The position numbers were made by a program, and so were the translations under genes. Below, piece after piece: positions 1-22,450 of a stretch of 64,000 nucleotides of DNA; position 1 is the first letter of the stretch; each line of letters begins with the position of its first letter. Under the pieces are notes generated by a model, which ran no database searches, had not been told where the DNA came from, and saw only the letters and a list, made by a program, of their open reading frames with translations. This DNA is from Antedon mediterranea (Eukaryota; Animalia; Echinodermata), in NCBI RefSeq assembly GCF_964355755.1, contig NC_092673.1:2418001-2482000 (forward strand). The letters run 5' to 3'.

Positions 1-64
1 TATTAGCTAAGGCAACATTAATGTTTCAATGTCCACTTACTGTTTTTGTATTTTACCTTTTTAG

Positions 65-9049
<8,985 letters not shown>

Positions 9050-10784
9050 CAACTACCAACAGACGCGGTGAAGTTATCTTTGCACAAAACACTATTTTGA
9101 TACATATTTATTACCAGTTGCTTTGCCGTAATATTCTCTATAGCTATCTATATAGTTAATTATAAATTGTTATTTGTATCAAATTAGCTGGATTATCAAT
9201 CACTGTTTTTTAATACATTTCAATATTTTTATTACAAATTAGTTATTAACTAAATACTAAACAAAATCATGAAATCAAACACGAAGATCTTATACTGGGA
9301 AACATGTTCCTCTAGAATATTGGGAAGGCTTTAAACGCCTAGTGGTAACATCTTGTGCTTAACATGCACAGACAGTAATATAGACATCAATATAGTTGAG
9401 TTTTTGTCCATATAACTTTTGATTCGCGATGACTTGGAACTAGGGAACTAGTTACATCATGTTAATTCATTGCACCTGTTTCTTTGCTTAATTCCATAAC
9501 ACCATTAGGTGAGTTTCAAGTCTGAATGACGGCCATACATAGCCAATCAAAAGCTTCCTATTAAAATCAACTTGTTTACTGAATAAAAATGTATATACAA
9601 ATAGAAAAACAAATATAAAACCAATTTAGTGGCCTTTGTAATTAACTTCGTCCTATGCTTGCTTACCGATACCAGGGTCCTGGTTCAAGTCCTGATGTGG
9701 TACCAGAATATTTCTTGATAAATAGGTACATTAGTTGTATAGTATGTTGTTCTATAGTTTAAGTGACGGCAGCAGATTTTAATGCTGCCCTTTTTTCATG
9801 CCAAAAAGTAGAACATTTTTTGATCTATGCTCAATGTGGATAAACATGCACAGTGATTGTACAGTTTTGTATTTTCAATTGTCAATATGCGCACCTTTTC
9901 CATATTTGTTTTCAATTTAATATTTCTTATAAAAGTGTGTTATTGTTGTGCAGACTCTGAGATAAAAATATTTAAATAATAATAATATATCTAGATATCA
10001 TGGTACAATGGTATGTTACTGGTTTTGTCAGCAAAAGATAAGTTTGTATTCTACTATTTTTATAAAATTACATAACGGTAGAGTCCAAGAAGTAATACAT
10101 TACATAAATGGTAGAGTCCAAGAAGTAATAAAGATTTTTGTATATTATACAGAGCATTGTTGCGCACATACTGTTTATAGGACGCGTGAATCCCAACCCT
10201 CCGTAGGAAATATCTTGTTGACATTTATTATTCATTTAATTACAACCAATTCAATCATTCTGTACCATAGCTTGATGGGATGTGCTAAGCTGTATATTGA
10301 TCTTTGTTGTCTTATTAAATATGTTTACAAAAAATTACATTTGTGATTTATTTCCTTTCATTCATTCCACTGAATTTTAAAGCAGTAAACGTAAACCAGG
10401 CTATCTACACTACCAAACTTTAAGTGACAAAACAATGTGATGGACATGATGATGTCATATCAATACCATATTTGGGCACATCACACTAGTTTGATAGTGT
10501 AGATGAAGCTTAAAAGCATGTTTTGTGAATACGATTGCTCCACACACGAGGGAGGTATACCTCACTGCACACGGGCCACCACCACGTACCACTCTCTCTT
10601 AGCCCTTCTTCTGTTTCCATGCGTTGTACTTCAAGAAGATTAATATTTTGGTACGATACATGACGGTTTGCAATTATTTATCAATATATAGTAATTGTAT
10701 AATATATAAATCAAAGAGCTGCATAGGCAGGATATAGAAAAAAATCAAGATCAAATAAGTTAAAACTGCCTCAATATAGATTTA

Positions 10785-10827
10785 TTTTAACGACATGTTT
10801 CGGGCATAGCCCTTCATCAGGTGAAAA
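10785..10827 (-). ncRNA. Minimal type-I hammerhead ribozyme motif (Penelope-like repeat)
   Basis: ttttcac-CTGATGA-a-gggc-tat-gccc-GAAAC-at-GTC-gttaaaa: stem I 6 of 7 pairs, stem II 4 bp, palindromic ACATGT across stem III. Confidence 0.65.
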
Positions 10828-11173
10828 GAATTGTAACAAAGGATAACATATATAAGTCACAAAATTACATACAAAAATATACATATCTGTATAATAATAT
10901 ACAGATACATATTTTCGCAGTACACCGATAATTCAAAACTGTCAATTGAACTACAAAATATGTTCTATATTAGGCTATGGATCCTTTGTGCAAGCAAAGA
11001 GAGAATGACGATAAAGACTATTTTTTATACATTTAATTTGAGTGTTCATATATAACAATATTATTTAAAATATTCAATTAATTGTGTTGCTATTTTATCC
11101 ATGATTAGACTACTAAACAATAAAGCATAGTTTTTACTTTTGTTCATTTCTCTGATAACAAAAATAAGTTATA

Positions 11174-11216
11174 TAGCGCCCTCTGTATCACCTATAATAA
11201 TTGTCATTTCCGGAAG
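11174..11216 (+). promoter_or_regulatory. Possible TRIM-proximal regulatory motifs (CTCF-like TAGCGCCCTCTG; ETS-like TTCCGGAAG)
   Basis: GC-rich motifs in an AT-rich background 90-130 bp upstream of the ATG; motif match only. Confidence 0.3.
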
Positions 11217-11305
11217 ATCTCATTATCTGCACATTATCATTATTTATCATCACTAAACATAGAGGTGGGGTATAAAAACAGAAGGAATTCGCTGAAAATA
11301 AGAAA

Positions 11306-13402
11306 ATGGCAGCATCCTTATCACAGTTGTCTGTTCTCAGTCAAATCAGCGAAGAATTTTTACTCTGTCAAGTCTGTTTCGAAGGATTTAATAAACCAAA
11401 ACTGTTGCCGTGTTTACATAGTTTTTGTGAAGCCTGTCTTGGGCGGTATGTATCTGTTCAAGGCACAATAAGGTGTCCTATGTGTAAACAAGATACTGAC
11501 TTACCCGATAACGGTGTAGGTGGCCTAAAGGATAACTTCTTTATACTTAATTTATCAGACGTTTTTACGCCCAAAAAGGACGAAGGACCTTCCAGAAGAG
11601 CTGTATGTACCGGCTGTGTCGGTCATGAAATAGAGGCTAGTTACAGATGTTTAGAATGTGTAGATTTTTTGTGTGATGAATGCGCTCCAACCCACGATCA
11701 TAGAATAGCAAGGTTTACAAGACAACACCATATTATATCATTTCCACCGTCTCCTGAAAATAAACCAGGCTATAAAGACGACCCCGTCTGTCAAAAACAC
11801 GGCCCCGAACTAGCACGATTTTACTGTGAAACTTGCGGCGTACCTATATGTAGGGAGTGTGTTCTCGTAGAACACAAAGATCATTCCCATAATTTCTTAA
11901 AAGACGAGGTTGCCAAACACAAGCAGAAAATAAATATACTTTTGCATGGTGTTAAAGATAAAATATCTGATTTTGAAGAAGCCCTTAGAAATGTTGACGA
12001 AGCCGAGGCTAATTTAGAAGCAAACAAAGGACAAGCTGAATATATTATTGATAAAACTGTGGACGAGTACATCGTGCTACTTCGACGTCAGCAGCAAGAA
12101 CTGTGCAAGCGCCTGGCACGAGTTTGCGAAAGCCGCCGCAAGCAGCTGACCGCCCACCGAAAGAGTCTTCAAGGGGCATTGGAGAATCTTCTCAGTGGGT
12201 TCGATTTCACGCAAAAGGCACTCGGACACGGAAGTCAACTCGATATGTTGTACATAAAAGACGAGGTCATTGACCGCCTTCAAGGCTTGTCAACTATATC
12301 TCCGCAACAGGACATGACAATCGATCAACTAAGTCAGTTATATTTTGTAGCTGATGAAACGCTTGTAGAAAGTAGAATTCCCGTTCTTGGTGAAATTAAA
12401 TGCGGCGATAGAACAGCTTCAGACATCTCTGAGGGCGACACACGATCGCTATGTTCGTATGAATCTTCCGAACCAGGTGAATTGCCGAGTTTAGAAATAG
12501 CTTGCCGGTCACCAAAACGGTTTGGTATGCCACCACCAAGTCCACTTCGTCAACCAATGAAAACAAAATTGTTGTACCATCTACGTGATGAGTCTGATGA
12601 AGCGGGTGAATTTGATTGGCCGAGTGGTGTCGCCGTCACCTCGGATAGTGAGTACATGGGGATTATAGATCGTGACAACGACCGCATTCAGGTATATAAT
12701 CGTAAAGGAAAATTTGAATGCAAGTTTGGATCGCGAGGGCGTAATCCAGGCCAGTTTGAGCTTCCACTAGATGTTGCGTTTACACAGGACGATGACCCTT
12801 TAATCTACATCACGGATGAATATAACCATCGCGTTCAAATTCTCACCTTATATGGAAAATATGTTGCGCATTTTGGCGATAACGGTATGATGAAGCAACC
12901 ATATGGAATAACGATTGATCACAAAGGGCGTATCATCGTGACCGACATCGGTAAACACCGCATTACAATACACGATCCGGACGGTCGGCTTGTGTACAGC
13001 TTTGGTTCCCGCGGTACCGGTGATGAAAATTTCAACGAGCCACGTTACGTCGCTGTGTGTAAGGATAGAATCGCTGTATCCGATCATTGCAATCATTGCG
13101 TAAAGGTGTTTAGCATAGAAGGGATCCATCTACATACATTTGGAACGTGTGGGTCGGGAAACGGACAATTCATCGGGCCGACTGGTATATGCTTTGATAA
13201 AGATGATAACATCTTAGTTGCAGACTGTGCTGACCGCGTGCAACTGTTCACCACCGAGGGCATGTTTATACGTATGGTTTTGTCGGAGGTTGATGGCATA
13301 AGTGGTCCACTTGGAATGGCGCTAAGTAAAGATGGAGAACTTATAGTGACAAACCTAGGAACGCATTGTGTTAACGTCTTCAAATACTCAGGTTGGTCAT
13401 AA
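11306..13402 (+). CDS. TRIM-NHL E3 ubiquitin ligase (RING, two B-boxes, coiled coil, NHL repeats; TRIM2/3/71-like), single coding exon, 698 aa
   Basis: Continuous ORF. RING CQVC..LPCLHSFCEAC..CPMC; B-box1 CTGC..CLECVDFLCDEC..H; B-box2 CQKH..FYCETCGVPICREC..H; coiled coil; NHL repeats (FDWPSGVAV, FELPLDVAF, QPYGITID, FNEPRYVAV, FIGPTGICF, SGPLGMAL). Confidence 0.95.
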   Translation: MAASLSQLSVLSQISEEFLLCQVCFEGFNKPKLLPCLHSFCEACLGRYVSVQGTIRCPMCKQDTDLPDNGVGGLKDNFFILNLSDVFTPKKDEGPSRRAVCTGCVGHEIEASYRCLECVDFLCDECAPTHDHRIARFTRQHHIISFPPSPENKPGYKDDPVCQKHGPELARFYCETCGVPICRECVLVEHKDHSHNFLKDEVAKHKQKINILLHGVKDKISDFEEALRNVDEAEANLEANKGQAEYIIDKTVDEYIVLLRRQQQELCKRLARVCESRRKQLTAHRKSLQGALENLLSGFDFTQKALGHGSQLDMLYIKDEVIDRLQGLSTISPQQDMTIDQLSQLYFVADETLVESRIPVLGEIKCGDRTASDISEGDTRSLCSYESSEPGELPSLEIACRSPKRFGMPPPSPLRQPMKTKLLYHLRDESDEAGEFDWPSGVAVTSDSEYMGIIDRDNDRIQVYNRKGKFECKFGSRGRNPGQFELPLDVAFTQDDDPLIYITDEYNHRVQILTLYGKYVAHFGDNGMMKQPYGITIDHKGRIIVTDIGKHRITIHDPDGRLVYSFGSRGTGDENFNEPRYVAVCKDRIAVSDHCNHCVKVFSIEGIHLHTFGTCGSGNGQFIGPTGICFDKDDNILVADCADRVQLFTTEGMFIRMVLSEVDGISGPLGMALSKDGELIVTNLGTHCVNVFKYSGWS

Positions 13403-15769
13403 ACAAATATAACTATAATCAATTATATCAATTATTATCTCCAGTTATAATAAATTATCAATATCATTTACTGTAATTGACTAACAGTATTATTAAATTA
13501 ATTATAATTAAATTACAAATAATATTTGTATAAAAATAATTTTAGTTTTTCAAATGATTTTATATATATGATATACTGTAGTTATTATTCAAAATTGATG
13601 GGTTAATGCATAAATTATGAATATAATGTACAAAATATATATACAGTAAGCAAGTACCTTATTTTAGAGAATGCGTTATTGTAAATTTTTGAATATTACA
13701 GATTTTATTGGTAAACTCATTTTTACCCAATTAAAATTACAAATTTACGATTTTAAAATGACTGTATTGTATAATAATCAAATTTTAACATGAAGAAAAA
13801 TGTAATTCAACAAAAAATTTCCTTTGTGGTTCAATTTTAATAAGTCTATGTACATTTGTTAATATTTTCCTCTGTACATAGTTAGCTCTTCCAAAATCAG
13901 ATTAAAAAATTATACATAATGTATGTGCTATTGTGATTGCTGCTATAAATCAGCTTAGAAATACTGCTAACACTAAACAGTAAAACAGCGCATAGAAAAG
14001 ATGCTTAGAAAAAATGCCGTTCAGCTTTGCCGACATAAATACATAATTTTCAACATCTGTTTTTAATGTATGTCAAACTGTGTGGAATTTATCATCACTG
14101 TAAAAGCCCTCAGGGGAATATTTCTGTACAAATGTATTGTAATTAAATATTGTAAAATTAATATATGAATGTATTTAACTAAATATTAAATAAGGTGATT
14201 GTTTTAAAGTAAGCTATTATTTTTGTTATGAATTGCATATCTGCATTATTTTAATTTTTTATTATAGTAGATTTATTAGATTAAAAGCTAGTTTGTTGTG
14301 CCATTTTTATTTTAGTCATTAGTGTCACAATCTTTTACCTTGAATCCATGTGCTGTGCATGACAGTGACAGATTAAACTGGGTTGTTTATCAAGGTTAAA
14401 AAAAAAGAATAAATTATGATATTTTTAATTATAGTCCTTGATGTATTTAATTTGTAACTTTAGATAGCATACAATACCTGTATCCAAATAATATTTTAAT
14501 TCTTTATATTATATTGGTTAGTATTATAAATAATAAGAATAAGAATTTATTTATAAAACTTTTTTTGTTGTTGTCATGGTATAATCTAAAATTAATAAAA
14601 TAAAAATCAGTGGTACTATAGAGTTAATAAATTGTAAATTTGGTAAAATTCCAACAGAAAAATGAACAAATTAAAACGTTTTTCATAAATTAGAATTGTT
14701 CTAGAAACATATTTCTAAACTGTTCCTTCTTGTGTGTCATTTAAAGGTCATTTGTATTTTTAACATTACGTCATAGTCCAATGTAGCACTCAATGTACTA
14801 GTCACTCCCAGTTTACAACAAAAATGTTCTCTTAAACATGCAACTAAAACAATTACAAAAACAAGTTATACCAAATTACTTGATAAAGATATAAAATATA
14901 AAAATAATTGCTATAGATATTAAAATCAAAAAAATGTATAATAAATATATCTTGGCATTTGATTCAGAAATAAGGAGAGTTAGGATTTTATTTTAAAAAT
15001 TGTATTATGGTTAAACTATTGTATGTCATCTTGTTATTACAGTATGGGCTTGTAAATTACATTCTAACTGGCCCAGTGGGCTAGTAAGAATGTCCCAATT
15101 CAGAATCAGTTAAAATTTAAATCAGTTCATAAATTATGTGGTGAAAGAATCCGTTACTATTGATTGTATGTCTGCTGGCATATGGCTGGCTAGAATACGG
15201 TGTGTGTAGGCGTCGTGTGACATCATTTGTGACTAGTATTATTAGCAAATGATTTGTCTGTTTGATAATACATTATAATATATAATGTTGTATAAACGTT
15301 GTATACAATAAATATTGTATCATATTTCAATGAACAAACAATACTTAAAATGTTATACATAATTTATTACTAATTTACATGTATTTGTGCTTTAAAACTA
15401 TAGTTATTTAATATTCAATAATCTATTGAAAAGTGGATTTAATCGTACAATAAAGTTATATATTTTTTATGATTGTCTAAAGAGATTTTAAATTATGCTA
15501 TAATATTATTAGATATTTGAGATGATTATTTTTAATAACTTAAATGATTTTAACTATATATTATGTATATTAATTATTATTTAATTAATATTTTGCGGTG
15601 CTTTTCTTACAAACAACTCTTTTAGTGGATTTTCTGTGCAGTGTTTCATATAATCCAAGTCACTATTTTTTTTTATATTTAGTAGTTATCAGTAAATTTC
15701 AAATAATATTTTTCTTATCTTATAATATATGTAAATTAAAGCAAGTATACATATTTATTTTTTATTAAA

Positions 15770-16461
15770 ATTATATTACCATGTTAAATTATATTACTAT
15801 GTTAAATTATAAAGTATATTGCATTATATATTATCTATATTGAATCATATTACTATGTTAAATTATATAGTATATTGCATTATATATTATCTATATTGAA
15901 TTATATTACTATGTTAAATTATATAGTATATTGCATTATATATTATCTATATTGAATTATATTACTATGTTTAATTATATAGTATATTGCATTATATATT
16001 ATCTATATTGAATCATATTACTATGTTCAATTATAAAGTATATTGCAATATATATTATCTATATTGAATCATATTACTATGTTCAATTATAAAGTATATT
16101 GCATTATATATTATCTATATTGAATTATATTACTATGTTCAATTATAAAGTATATTGCATTATATATTATCTATATTGAATCATATTACTATGTTCAATT
16201 ATAAAGTATATTGCAATATATATTATCTATATTGAATCATATTACTATGTTCAATTATAAAGTATATTGCATTATATATTATCTATATTGAATCATATTA
16301 CTATGTTAAATTATATAGTATATTGCATTATATATTATCTATATTGAATTATATTACTATGTTAAATTATAAAGTATATTGCATAATATATTATCTATAT
16401 TGAATCATATTACTATGTTAAATTATATAGTATATTGCATTATATTATCAATATTGAATTA
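15770..16461. repeat. 56-bp AT-rich minisatellite, about 12 copies
   Basis: atattactatgttaaattatatagtatattgcattatatattatctatattgaatc repeated. Confidence 0.9.
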
Positions 16462-17310
16462 TCAGGGTATCACTATCAGTTACTTAATTTGTGCAAGTAC
16501 GAAAAATATAAATTTACTTTACTTTATATATAACTACCGGTATATATATATATTTTATACATAATTTGTTTTAAAATATGTTATATGCTTTAAGAAATGT
16601 AACCTAAAATAATATAATGTGCAATTTATTTAAATTTGCAAATATTTTTATGGAGTACTTATGCAAAACATTTACATTTTATTAGAATTATTTATTCATA
16701 TTTTAATATTAATAATATTGAAGTATTACATGCGTGCTTTGTATTTGGCAATGAACCTTTTGTACTGTATTAAGTTTGTAAAGTGTCTGTGATTGCCTTA
16801 AATATTATGTTATATTTGTATTAATAATGTGCTAATATTAGAATGTAATAAATGGTACTTTTGGTCTCCGGTACGGTGCTTTATAATATAATGATATTCT
16901 AAAGGTTATAGGAATGTCAAACATTTGTGATGCATAGTTTGATATTCTAATAATATATGTTGTTTATAGTTTACTGATTATAATAATTATAATTTATTAA
17001 TCATTTTAATCATATGATTATGTTATTCATGTAATGTGAATACTGAAACGTATGTATAAATAATTATTAAGCTATATATAATGTATGTAGATTAACAATA
17101 AATATTAATAGTCGGTATGTATATACAATGATAACGAATGTAGTTGAAAGTGATTACCAAAAATTAATTTTAATTTAAAATATGTGTTATATTTGTATTA
17201 TTGCAGCTTTTGTTTTAATGTTTATTATCTAATCCCTTCAGTCAGCAGTATTTATTCTATACCCAAATAACATGCTGCTGAGACTGAGTGCTGTGACTGA
17301 ATGTCAAACC

Positions 17311-20300
17311 TAGTTTTTCGAAAATTTCCCTGTAAAACTGGTTACTATAGCACAATTAACATGCGTAGAACCCATTAGTCGACTTTGCGCATGTTTATTA
17401 TGCTATAGTAACCATTTATGTCAAAAAATAAAAGGGTCGAAAATCGGCCTTTTTTCGAAAATTTCCCTGTACTATAGTACAGGGATTTTTTCCAAAAATT
17501 AACAATTTTCGACCTTTTTATTTTTCGATAAAACTGGTTACTATAGCACAATTAACATGCGCAGAACCCATTAGTCGACTTTGCGCATGTTTATTATGCT
17601 TTAGTAACCATTTATGTCAAAACTGGTTACTATAGCACAATTGACATGCGCAGAACCTATTATTCGTCTCTGCGCATGTTTATTATGCAATAGTAACCAT
17701 TTATGTCAAAAGATAAAAGGGTCGAAAATCGGCCATTTTTCGAAAATTTCCCTGTACTATAGTACAGGAATTTTTTCAAAAAATTACCAATTTTCGACCT
17801 TTTTATTTTTCGATAAAACTGGTTACTATAGCACAATTAACATGCGTAGAACCCATTAGTCGACTTTGCGCATGTTTATGATGCAATAGTAACCAATTAT
17901 GTCAAAAAATAAAAGGGTCGAAAATCGGCAATTTTTCGAAAATTTCCCTGTACTATAGTACAGGAATTTTTTCAAAAAATGACCAATTTTCGACCTTTTT
18001 ATTTTTCGATAAAACTGGTTACTATAGCACAATTAACATGCGCAGAACCCATTAGTCGACTTTGCGCATGTTTATGATGCAATAGTAACCAATTATGTCA
18101 AAAAATAAAAGGGTCGAAAATCGGCAATTTTTCGAAAATTTCCCTGTACTATAGTACAGGGATTTTTTCCAAAAATGGCCAATTTTCGACCTTTTTATTT
18201 TTCGATAAAACTGGTTACTATAGCACAATTAACATGCGTAGAACCCATTAGTCGACTTTGCGCATGTTTATTATGCTATAGTAACCAATTATGTAAAAAC
18301 TGGTTACTATAGCACAATTGACATGCGCAGAACCTATTATTCGTCTCTGCGCATGTTTATTATGCAATAGTAACCATTTATGTCAAAAAATAAAAGGGTC
18401 GAAAATCGGCCTTTTTTCGAAAATTTCCCTGTACTATAGTACCGGGATTTTTTCCAAAAATGGCCAATTTTCGACCTTTTTATTTTTCGATAAAACTGGT
18501 TACTATAGCACAATTAACATGCGCAGAACCCATTAGTCGACTTTGCGCATGTTTATTATGCTATAGTAACCATTTATGTCAAAACTGGTTACTATAGCAC
18601 AATTGACATGCGCAGAACCTATTATTCGTCTCTGCCCATGTTTATTATGCAATAGTAACCATTTATGTAAAAAAATAAAAGGGTCGAAAATCGGCCTTTT
18701 TTCGAAAATTTCCCTGTACTATAGTACAGGAATTTTTTCAAAAAATGACCAATTTTCGACCTTTTTATTTTTCGATAAAACTGGTTACTATAGCACAATT
18801 AACATGCGCAGAACCCATTAGTCGACTTTGCGCATGTTTATTATGCTATAGTAACCATTTATGTCAAAACTGGTTACTATAGCACAATTGACATGCGCAG
18901 AACCTATTATTCGTCTCTGCGCATGTTTATTATGCAATAGTAACCATTTATGTCAAAAAATAAAAGGGTCGAAAATCGGCCTTTTTTCGAAAATTTCCCT
19001 GTACTATAGTACAGGGATTTTTTCCAAAAATTAACAATTTTCGACCTTTTTATTTTTCGATAAAACTGGTTACTATAGCACAATTAACATGCGCAGAACC
19101 CATTAGTCGACTTTGCGCATGTTTATTATGCTTTAGTAACCATTTATGTCAAAACTGGTTACTATAGCACAATTGACATGCGCAGAACCTATTATTCGTC
19201 TCTGCGCATGTTTATTATGCAATAGTAACCATTTATGTCAAAAGATAAAAGGGTCGAAAATCGGCCATTTTTCGAAAATTTCCCTGTACTATAGTACAGG
19301 AATTTTTTCAAAAAATGACCAATTTTCGACCTTTTTATTTTTCGATAAAACTGGTTACTATAGCACAATTAACATGCGTAGAACCCATTAGTCGACTTTG
19401 CGCATGTTTATGATGCAATAGTAACCAATTATGTCAAAAAATAAAAGGGTCGAAAATCGGCCATTTTTCGAAAATTTCCATGTACTAAAAAACAGGAATT
19501 TTTTAAAAAAATGACCAATTTTCGACCTTTTTATTTTTCGATAAAACTGGTTATTATAGCACAATTAACATGCGCAGAACCCATTAGTCGACTTTGCGCA
19601 TGTTTATTATGCTATAGTAACCATTTATGTCAAAACTGGTTACTATAGCACAATTGACATCCGCAGAACCTATTATTCGTCTCTGCGCATGTTTATTATG
19701 CAATAGTAACCATTTATGTCAAAAAATAAAAGGGTCGAAAATCGGCCTTTTTTCGAAAATTTCCCTGTACTATAGTACAGGGATTTTTTCCAAAAATGGC
19801 CAATTTTCGACCTTTTTATTTTTCGATAAAACTGGTTACTATAGCACAATTAACATGCGTAGAACCCATTAGTCGACTTTGCGCATGTTTATTATGCTAT
19901 AGTAACCAATTATGTAAAAACTGGTTACTATAGCACAATTGACATGCGCAGAACCTATTATTCGTCTCTGCGCATGTTTATTATGCAATAGTAACCATTT
20001 ATGTCAAAAAATAAAAGGGTCGAAAATCGGCCTTTTTTCGAAAATTTCCCTGTACTATAGTACAGGGATTTTTTCCAAAAATGGCCAATTTTCGACCTTT
20101 TTATTTTTCGATAAAACTGGTTACTATAGCACAATTAACATGCGTAGAACCCATTAGTCGACTTTGCGCATGTTTATGATGCAATAGTAACCAATTATGT
20201 CAAAAAATAAAAGGGTCGAAAATCGGCCTTTTTTCGAAAATTTCCCTGTACTATAGTACAGGGATTTTTTCCAAAAATGGCCAATTTTCGACCTTTTTAT

Positions 20301-21435
20301 TTTTCGATAAAACTGGTTACTATAGCACAATTAACATGCGTAGAACCCATTAGTCGACTTTGCGCATGTTTATGATGCAATAGTAACCAATTATGTCAAA
20401 AAATAAAAGGGTCGAAAATCAGCAATTTTTCGAAAATTTCCCTGTACTATAGTACAGGAATTTTTTCAAAAAATGACCAATTTTCGACCTTTTTATTTTT
20501 CGATAAAACTGGTTACTATAGCACAATTAACATGCGCAGAACCCATTAGTCGACTTTGCGCATGTTTATTATGCTATAGTAACCATTTATGTCAAAAAAT
20601 AAAAGGGTCGAAAATCGGCCATTTTTCGAAAATTTCCCTGTACTATAGTACAGGATTTTTTTTTTAAAATGACCAATTTTCGACCTTTTTATTTTTCGAT
20701 AAAACTGGTTACTATAGCACAATTAACATGCGCAGAACCCATTAGTCGACTTTGCGCATGTTTATTATGCTATAGTAACCATTTATGTCAAAACTGGTTA
20801 CTATAGCACAATTGACATGCGCAGAACCTATTATTCGTCTCTGCGCATGTTTATTATGCAATAGTAACCAATTATGTCAAAAAATAAAAGGGTCGAAAAT
20901 CGGCCATTTTTCAAAAATTTCCCTGTATTATAGTACAGGAATTTTTAAAAAAAAATAACCAATTTTCGACCTTTTATTTTTCGATAAAACTGGTTACTAT
21001 AGCACAATTAACATGCGCAGAACCCATTAGTCGACTCTGCGCATGTTTATTATGCAATAGTAACCATTTATGTCAAAAAATAAAAGGGTCGAAAATCGGC
21101 CATTTTTCGAAAATTTCCCTGTACTATAGTACAGGAATTTTTTCAAAAAATAACCAATTTTCGACCTTTTATTTTTCGATAAAACTGGTTACTATAGTAC
21201 AATTAACATGCGCAGAACCCATTAGTCGACTCTGCGCATGTTTATTATGCTATAGTAACCATTTATGTCAAAAACTGGTTACTATAGCACAATTGACATG
21301 CGCAGAACCCATTATTCGTCTCTGCGCATGTTTATTATGCAATAGTAACCATTTATGTCAAAAAACAAAAGGGTCGAAAATCGGCCATTTTTCGACAATT
21401 TCCCTGTACTAATAGTACAGGGGTTTTTCGAAAAA
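17311..21435. repeat. Higher-order satellite of palindromic monomers (89-bp A1/A2 and about 107-bp B; 196- and 285-bp periods)
   Basis: A: ggttactatagca...aacatgcgca...tgcgcatgtt...tgctatagtaacc. B is centred on ccctgtactatagtacaggg. Repeated spurious ORFs are spaced 570 (2x285) and 481 (285+196) bp apart. Confidence 0.92.
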
Positions 21436-22450
21436 AAAAGATCAAATATATAAGCTTTTTAAAATTCAATTATTATGCCATAATAGTGCCATGTAGAGGG
21501 ATTTTTCAAAAAATACCATTAACATAGTAACATTAACATTTTAATATAAATATGTAAAAATGTGCACATATGGCCTCATCATCCGTCTGCCATTTTTTGC
21601 AATATCATTATTTTGATGATACAATATATCCACCACATAATTTATATGCTAGTTCAAACGCAAAACAAACTACAGTTTAAAAGGCTTTATACATGACGCC
21701 AGTTGTGACGTCATTAACAATTACGTCATCAGATAAATGTCCTATTTCAATCGGCAGAGGATTAATAAAGTCTCGGTGGAATACGTTGCAACTTATCTAC
21801 GCTATTGTCCGTTGTTTATGGTAATTGAACCTAATGTACATATTTGATTGCGTTTTACTCCGTTACATTTGTTTGTTTATTTAAATTTCTCATAATTTTA
21901 AGTTAATGTTGATAGTAAAATGCTTATCTTAGATCGTTAATATTTTATAATTTTCTTAATTATAATATTAATTACCCTATTATGGGGAGCAGTTAGAATA
22001 TAGAAACCTTGATTGGGTTATTTATATACTTTTGTAATTATCTTTATACAGGTTGACGGTAAAATAACTTTTACTCTAGTCACAATACAACAATAACAGT
22101 GTCACAGGCATGAGATGACTCAGGTAAGGAAATCATAAGATCTTTACATATGAATTCCTATGGCATTAACAACAAAATATACTTATCTATCCTATTGTAC
22201 TATGGTTTAACATACATAACAATGGATTAGACTGAAGGATATGTAAACAACCACAGAAGATTCCAGAAAACAGAATATGCTACTCAATATTAGAACATAG
22301 CATAATTGATAAAATTAAATGTTACAGAAAGAGGATGACTGAGAAAAGGACATAAATGATAGGCCTTCAGCTAGACTAGGTTCTAGCCCGTAATTACAAA
22401 AGATAAATATTTTGGCACATATAACATTTCGAATGAGGGTACGTTTATTG

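Noticed and set aside
11881-13422. Minus-strand ORFs overlapping the TRIM gene
   Set aside because: They are antisense shadows of a real CDS with no recognisable motifs.
17311-21435. CRISPR-like array, or repeated 64-81 aa ORFs (MSKLVTIAQLTCAEP...)
   Set aside because: There are no unique spacers, no cas genes and the context is eukaryotic; the ORFs are translations of the satellite unit.
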